Source: a virus. Taken from it: a stretch of 64,000 nucleotides of DNA. Location of the stretch: positions 13,301 through 77,300 of IMG/VR virus record IMGVR_UViG_3300010397_000002, one strand, 5' to 3'. A program made the position numbers and the translations under genes. The notes under the pieces are model-generated. The model saw only the letters and a program-made list of their open reading frames with translations. It ran no database searches and was not told where the DNA came from. Below, piece after piece: positions 58,701-64,000 of the stretch. Position 1 is the stretch's first letter. The number at the start of each line of letters is the position of its first letter.

Positions 58701-60587
58701 TTATTTTTTAATCCAGTTAATACCATCAGGACCCATCAAACTCTCTCCCGATTTAAGCGTGCTCCATTTTGCATTAAAATCTTCGGGAGTAATAGGTTTT
58801 ACTTTTGTTTTCTTCTGTCCCTTCACCGGCTCAGATTTAAATCCAGTCTCAACTGCTTTATTATAACGTTCCTTATAAGCAGCCTGAACTTTACGCATAT
58901 CATCATTATGATACTCAGGATTTTTAAGATCAAGACCTTGAGTGATGGCTTTCACGTTTGCTAAGTCCGTATCAGAAGCTTGAACCAACTCATTTACTTG
59001 AACCCCATTAATACCTGCACGACTTGCCGCCAATGATATTTCTCCATCTTCAACCCCGGCGCCAACCATTGATTTAAGAGTCTTTACTTTCTCAAGATTT
59101 GCTTCCTGCACAGCAATTTCATCAGCATCATTTTTATTTTGAGCTTCATAAATTTTTTGCTGTATAGATTGTTCTTGGTTATTAGCCGCATTCAAAATGT
59201 TGGCCTTATTCACCGTATATCCTTGAAGAGCAATTTTTAATTCAGGTTGTAATTTATATTTTCCTTTTGGATCAAAATACTCTAACGGCATCCGATTGAT
59301 ATAATCAACCATCTCATTTGAGTTATTCCCATGTAAGAGCATAGGAGCGCCATCCTGTTTGAAAGCCTGTAATTGATATCCAGTCAAATTGAAATCAACA
59401 TTACCAATCTTGCTTTTATTCGTTGTGCCTGTATTAATATCAGTCCTAATAGGATTGGTAGAGCTAAATACTATTGGCTTACCACTTTTTTGAAATATTA
59501 CACCTCCTGCGCCAGGGTTGGATGTTGGAGTTACATCTGATCCAAGTAAAGAAGATTGTACTTTAGAATTATTAAAAGAGTAGCTATGAACAATATTTGG
59601 ATTCTTAAATAGTCCTCCAGAGGTGTCCTTATCTGCTTTATAATCAACTGAAACTTTAGAGTTTATTCTGTCAGCCTCAGCTAAATCAGCCTTCGCTAAA
59701 TCTCTTTTCCGTACACCGAAATCTTGGCTATTAATAATATTCTTTGATGGATCATTAATCAATTCATTCTTGATATCCTCATCACTTTTACCTTTCATCC
59801 AAGATGTTCTACTATCTCCGCTGGCCTTCATTTTGGCTATTTCGGAAGACAATTGATCGCCAACTTTTCTAGTAAAATATTGATCAACTCGACCCTGTGG
59901 ATCACTTTTTAAATAATCAATTGCATGCTCATTTGTAACACCAAGTTTACCGGTGGATGTATCCCAAAATGTTCCTTGCGAAAATTTACTTTTGGTTACA
60001 TTATCATTACCATATTCTTCAATTTTTGACTTTTCACCTTTATTTTTTACATAATCAGCCCGATAGTTTGAATATTTAAAAGAATCAACTCCACCTAATG
60101 TTTTTTCTGCCTGATTAAGCCGTTCGCCACGAGTGAGAAAATTCACATCATTATTCTCCCCATTAACAGCAATCTTTAATTTATTGCTATCGATGGTACC
60201 GTCATAATAAGGATCTTTTGCATCGCGTGATGCTATGTCAGCTTGCAGTGCTTTTGTTTTCTCAAGTTGTATCTGGCTTAATTGCTGATATCCTTTACCC
60301 TGATTCATCAGATCAGATGTCTCATTGGTTATCTTACCGGTATGGAAAATATCTTGTTTGCCACGATCAACGACATGATTTGCAAATTCAGTTAATATTT
60401 TCTGATCATTTTCAAATTTACCTTGAGATAGATCATAAGTAAATTGATCGGCATTGATCTGTTTTTGTTTATGCTGTAGAGCTAAATTTTGAAATAGATG
60501 AGACACAGCTTGAGTGGATGCATCCAGGAAATGACTCGTGTCCGGAGCTTCATATTGTTTTTCGTAATGAAATTCTCTGTATGCCAT
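58701..60587 (-). CDS. Internal virion protein
   Basis: 628 aa, in the ejection-protein gene run. Confidence 0.65.
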   Translation of the reverse strand: MAYREFHYEKQYEAPDTSHFLDASTQAVSHLFQNLALQHKQKQINADQFTYDLSQGKFENDQKILTEFANHVVDRGKQDIFHTGKITNETSDLMNQGKGYQQLSQIQLEKTKALQADIASRDAKDPYYDGTIDSNKLKIAVNGENNDVNFLTRGERLNQAEKTLGGVDSFKYSNYRADYVKNKGEKSKIEEYGNDNVTKSKFSQGTFWDTSTGKLGVTNEHAIDYLKSDPQGRVDQYFTRKVGDQLSSEIAKMKASGDSRTSWMKGKSDEDIKNELINDPSKNIINSQDFGVRKRDLAKADLAEADRINSKVSVDYKADKDTSGGLFKNPNIVHSYSFNNSKVQSSLLGSDVTPTSNPGAGGVIFQKSGKPIVFSSTNPIRTDINTGTTNKSKIGNVDFNLTGYQLQAFKQDGAPMLLHGNNSNEMVDYINRMPLEYFDPKGKYKLQPELKIALQGYTVNKANILNAANNQEQSIQQKIYEAQNKNDADEIAVQEANLEKVKTLKSMVGAGVEDGEISLAASRAGINGVQVNELVQASDTDLANVKAITQGLDLKNPEYHNDDMRKVQAAYKERYNKAVETGFKSEPVKGQKKTKVKPITPEDFNAKWSTLKSGESLMGPDGINWIKK

Positions 60588-60593
60588 TTTTTA

Positions 60594-61187
60594 TTATCCT
60601 TTACTTCCCATCGATGAACCCGCAAATGCAGATGATGAAGATATCGCTGTGGATGACGCTGAATCTGCGGCCTTCGCAGACATTTCTCTCCTAGCTTTAA
60701 TTTCGTCACGTAATGCCGCAATCTTCATTTGATATGGCATATTCGAATTGTAGTTCCATGCTTTATCTTTTTCATCAATCATTTGATTATTGACATTATA
60801 AAGCTGTCCTACTTTTTGATTTTGAATTTGAGCCTCATCATTACCCAATCCGCGTATGGTGTTATTTTTATTCGTATTAATGGCAGCTATCGTACTCAAT
60901 AAATCAGAGGTGCTACTGGATACTTGTTGGGCCCTGCCCGCATCATTTGCGGCATCCTGTTCAACCGTCTTTTGCTGACCCATAATGGATCGATCCCTAC
61001 CAAAAGCCTGTCCTTCAGCTATATTTTTATTTTGATATGCCTCATCAGAAATCTTATATTTTGGAGCATTATTAATGGCATCATTCTCCGCTTTTTGAGC
61101 TTTCTTTGCCTTATTAGCATTATGTGCTGATTGATAAACTTGATAGGTTAACGCTGCTGACGCAACCCCCGCTGCTACCCAAGTCAT
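60594..61187 (-). CDS. DNA pilot/ejection-type virion protein
   Basis: MTWVAAGVASAAL hydrophobic N-terminus; Ala/Gln/Asn-rich helices. Confidence 0.65.
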   Translation of the reverse strand: MTWVAAGVASAALTYQVYQSAHNANKAKKAQKAENDAINNAPKYKISDEAYQNKNIAEGQAFGRDRSIMGQQKTVEQDAANDAGRAQQVSSSTSDLLSTIAAINTNKNNTIRGLGNDEAQIQNQKVGQLYNVNNQMIDEKDKAWNYNSNMPYQMKIAALRDEIKARREMSAKAADSASSTAISSSSAFAGSSMGSKG

Positions 61188-61197
61188 ATTTATAGTT

Positions 61198-61668
61198 TTA
61201 AGATGTTAATAAATCCTTTACTTTAATCTGTTCTATTATCTTATCGATGTAAGGATTGTGTCTTTTCTCGATTATCCTTTCTTCGATCTGATCAACATTT
61301 TCTCCATCAACACAAGCATGTACCGTGGTCCATACAACATCTGTATGGCAAAATAACAATCTCCTTGTCCCCGGTTTGGTAATACCAGTATGAGGAGCCG
61401 TGATTAATACCTCTTCCTCCTCAGTCATTACCGACACTGTTCCTTTTGATATTATAAAAGGATGTTCAGTATTGTGTATTTTAGAGACAATACAAGATCC
61501 GGCTGGCATGTAAATCTCTCTAATGTACAATCCTGGAGTAAATATATGCTTCAATGGAGGATTTATTGATGAATCACTTGATTTCATTAACGCCTCCATT
61601 TGATCCAATGTGTCATGGAAGTCTGCTATCTTATTAACCTCTAATGTGATGTTTTCTATAAGTTCCAT
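61198..61668 (-). CDS. Cupin-fold phage protein
   Basis: H.FTPGLYIRE..MPAG..IVSKIH..EH...ISKG...PGT.R...WTTVH. Confidence 0.75.
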   Translation of the reverse strand: MELIENITLEVNKIADFHDTLDQMEALMKSSDSSINPPLKHIFTPGLYIREIYMPAGSCIVSKIHNTEHPFIISKGTVSVMTEEEEVLITAPHTGITKPGTRRLLFCHTDVVWTTVHACVDGENVDQIEERIIEKRHNPYIDKIIEQIKVKDLLTS

Positions 61669-61677
61669 GTCACGAAT

Positions 61678-64000
61678 TTAAGCATTTATTGGCGACTCGA
61701 TATAACCTGCCATTGAGGAATGTAATAATGTCAAATAAACAACGTCCGGATCAAGCTTGAGCAATACTTGGATAGCTTTTGACCTCACCTTATTACCATT
61801 AACAATCGGGTCTAAAATATTGGGAGTATTAATATCTCCTTTTATCGCTGCCCAATAAGTATCTTCTCTTGGCTCAAATTGATCAAGCGTTATCCTGCTT
61901 TGAATTAATGGGCTCAACCCGCGATATTCTGATAAAATACGCTCCACAGACCATTTATTTGTGGCTAAAATTGTGATAGTCTGCCAATGTTTAACATCAA
62001 AATACTCGCTATTAAACACAGGTTCTACCTTAGAATCATATTTGGTACCATAAAAAGTATTGTAGGTGCTGGATGTTTCGTGCAAATACAATAATCCTCC
62101 CTTCATGCTTACCAATTGGTTGTTCATTCTGCCAAACATCTCGGGTTCGTAGCTATGAATTGATTTCCATCCAGTATCCTTTTCACTGAACATAGATCCT
62201 TTGTATGTATCATAGTTGCGGAAGGTAGACGGTAAGGAACTATGGTTTATAAACGTCACCAACTCATCGTTAAATGAATCAAAAGAACTGATAACAAGCG
62301 GAGGAGTGCTGGTTAAATATTTTGTAATCAAAAGATTGCTTATCTCGCGATACCAATTCCTCATTTTATAGTCAGAAATGGCAGTTAATCCGTCTCGGCC
62401 ATATCTAACCCACGATCCTTTAATGGCATTCCACCAGTAAACACGGCCAGCGTATAAAGAAACGCTCTCAGGATTTAAAGTTCCTTGTGATCCCAGAAGG
62501 GTATTATAGCTTCCTAAAACCTGATTACTGAGACTTACCTGAGTATTGCCGCCGAGATCTTCAATGGTAGTCCGGTTAACATAAATGCTCCATGCTTCAC
62601 GTTCGCCTATGGCCAGCAATATACTCCCAACACTTTCTACTTGTGCATTCGCGGTATTTACAAGGTTTCTGATCCTTCCATATTCTGACGGATAAATAAA
62701 CTGGTCTGCTGCGCGATACCGATTAAGCTGGTTAATTAAAGATTGCTCAATAATTTTACCTCCAAATCTACACTGAGTGGTGAAGAAAATAACTGGAGGA
62801 ATGTCTCTATAAGAAACTGTTGCCCTGCCGTTATACCTATCCCAATAATCGTAATTGAAATTAGGATCTGGATTCATGCTAATAGCTGTTGTCCCTTTTA
62901 TTGTTCCTCCTCCATATCCAGCAAGTGTATCTCGATAAATATCTCGCCCAAAAGCCAGCACATCGGCATAATAAAAAGGAAGCTTATTGAAGATATGCCA
63001 CGGACCAACATCTGTTCCGGTTACCGAGGTGTTATCTACATAAGTCCAGTCCCTTTTTGAGAAATTTCTACTTGCATGACCAGGGAACAGTATCGGATAA
63101 ACTTCTCCTGTTTCATATAATATAGCATCATTCTCATTTGGCACTTTAGGTGTATAAACCTCAATCTGAAAATCAGATGGACCGGTAGATGTAGTATCTG
63201 GCAACCATAATAAATCTTTTGGTCTTTCAATCAGAAGGCCTTTACCCGTGAATGCTATAATAGGAACGTCATAAGTTTTTTTATCTGCCGTCAGGGGAGT
63301 TGCTACAGCACTTCCTAAAAATCTTACTCGATCGCCATTTCTGAAATTGTAATAAAGTTTGTTGATCGTTGGTTGATCCTGTGTGGCAGAAATTTTAGCC
63401 GCATTGTACCAATTATTAATATCGATCATTATTCGGCTACAGTCGGATAGGGTCGTTGTATTTGTAACCTTATAAATCTCAGCCGTCAAATCTCCTTTTA
63501 TAGGATTGTGACGGAGGGTTTCATTTAAACTTTTATTTGATAAAGCAAGTTCTGGAGCCCCACCCGTATATTTCGTTATTGTAGTGGCGAACGTTTCATT
63601 ATTTCTTAAAAAATTATTGAATTGATCTTTCTTCGCGCTTGCATTCCTGGCATTAATCTCATTTTGAATAGCCTGCTTTGTAAAGTCTGCTGCCTCATAG
63701 CTTGATACAGTTTTGCTATTGGCAAAATGATCTCGAATGACTTGTTTTACATTATCTGGAATAGATATTCTATCTAGAATTACATCTACGGAATCAATTA
63801 ACGGAATGAATTGATTCACAATACCAAGCATAAACATATCAATAGTCAATGCGTTAGTTCGCATGATTTGATAAGCAACGGCCCAATCTGGCGGCTTTAC
63901 TGCGGCATCTATTTTAAAATTAAAAGCAAGAATTCTTTGGATAGCAACATCTGTAGCTGTGAACTGAAATACATCTGTTGTAACACCTAAGCTTCTCCAT
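61678..64000 (-). CDS. Tail stabilization/nozzle protein (5' partial)
   Basis: Frame is open to the window edge (PPDWAVAYQIMRT). G..NPES...G..Y......G...R...DG...IS...M..W beta-propeller motif. Confidence 0.75.
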   Translation of the reverse strand, partial: WRSLGVTTDVFQFTATDVAIQRILAFNFKIDAAVKPPDWAVAYQIMRTNALTIDMFMLGIVNQFIPLIDSVDVILDRISIPDNVKQVIRDHFANSKTVSSYEAADFTKQAIQNEINARNASAKKDQFNNFLRNNETFATTITKYTGGAPELALSNKSLNETLRHNPIKGDLTAEIYKVTNTTTLSDCSRIMIDINNWYNAAKISATQDQPTINKLYYNFRNGDRVRFLGSAVATPLTADKKTYDVPIIAFTGKGLLIERPKDLLWLPDTTSTGPSDFQIEVYTPKVPNENDAILYETGEVYPILFPGHASRNFSKRDWTYVDNTSVTGTDVGPWHIFNKLPFYYADVLAFGRDIYRDTLAGYGGGTIKGTTAISMNPDPNFNYDYWDRYNGRATVSYRDIPPVIFFTTQCRFGGKIIEQSLINQLNRYRAADQFIYPSEYGRIRNLVNTANAQVESVGSILLAIGEREAWSIYVNRTTIEDLGGNTQVSLSNQVLGSYNTLLGSQGTLNPESVSLYAGRVYWWNAIKGSWVRYGRDGLTAISDYKMRNWYREISNLLITKYLTSTPPLVISSFDSFNDELVTFINHSSLPSTFRNYDTYKGSMFSEKDTGWKSIHSYEPEMFGRMNNQLVSMKGGLLYLHETSSTYNTFYGTKYDSKVEPVFNSEYFDVKHWQTITILATNKWSVERILSEYRGLSPLIQSRITLDQFEPREDTYWAAIKGDINTPNILDPIVNGNKVRSKAIQVLLKLDPDVVYLTLLHSSMAGYIESPINA

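Noticed and set aside
1-64000. Stop-codon reassignment as in some crAss-like phages
   Set aside because: Long structural genes are intact under the standard code, and TAA, TAG and TGA all end genes.
1-64000. tRNA genes, reverse transcriptase/DGR, integrase, DNA polymerase
   Set aside because: No recognisable signatures in this window by eye; tRNAscan and HMM searches would be needed to exclude them.

Overview
A 64-kb stretch of an AT-rich tailed dsDNA phage with a podovirus-type, crAss-related gene layout. Repeated TAnnTTTG -7 promoter boxes point to a Bacteroidetes host. Layout: head/packaging genes (scaffold, portal, terminase; minus strand, 1-7.2 kb); a replication/recombination arm (VRR-NUC, SF2 helicase, SSB, RecT, exonucleases, ACP; minus, 8-19.6 kb); a plus-strand arm with a DnaB-N/AAA helicase and a C5 methyltransferase (19.7-28.9 kb); an iteron-rich putative origin around a degenerate LAGLIDADG gene (29.1-30.0 kb); early small-gene operons with Thg1, a serine recombinase and GmhA (31.3-41 kb); a glycosyltransferase/methyltransferase cluster (41-48 kb); GroES-like and DHH genes; a lysis cassette; and internal virion/tail genes (53-64 kb). 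Main findings: (1) a terminator hairpin whose loop is exactly antisense to a motif repeated at the start codons of the genes upstream, with related architectures elsewhere, suggesting an RNA-based operon control system; (2) a near-complete phage ADP-heptose pathway with GT9-like transferases; (3) two small basic genes nested out of frame in the 1669-aa virion protein, plus an A10 slippery site giving an amphipathic short product; (4) a two-frame C5 methyltransferase; (5) a 20-bp palindromic operator at six sites. All product calls come from recognising motifs by eye; no database searches were run.
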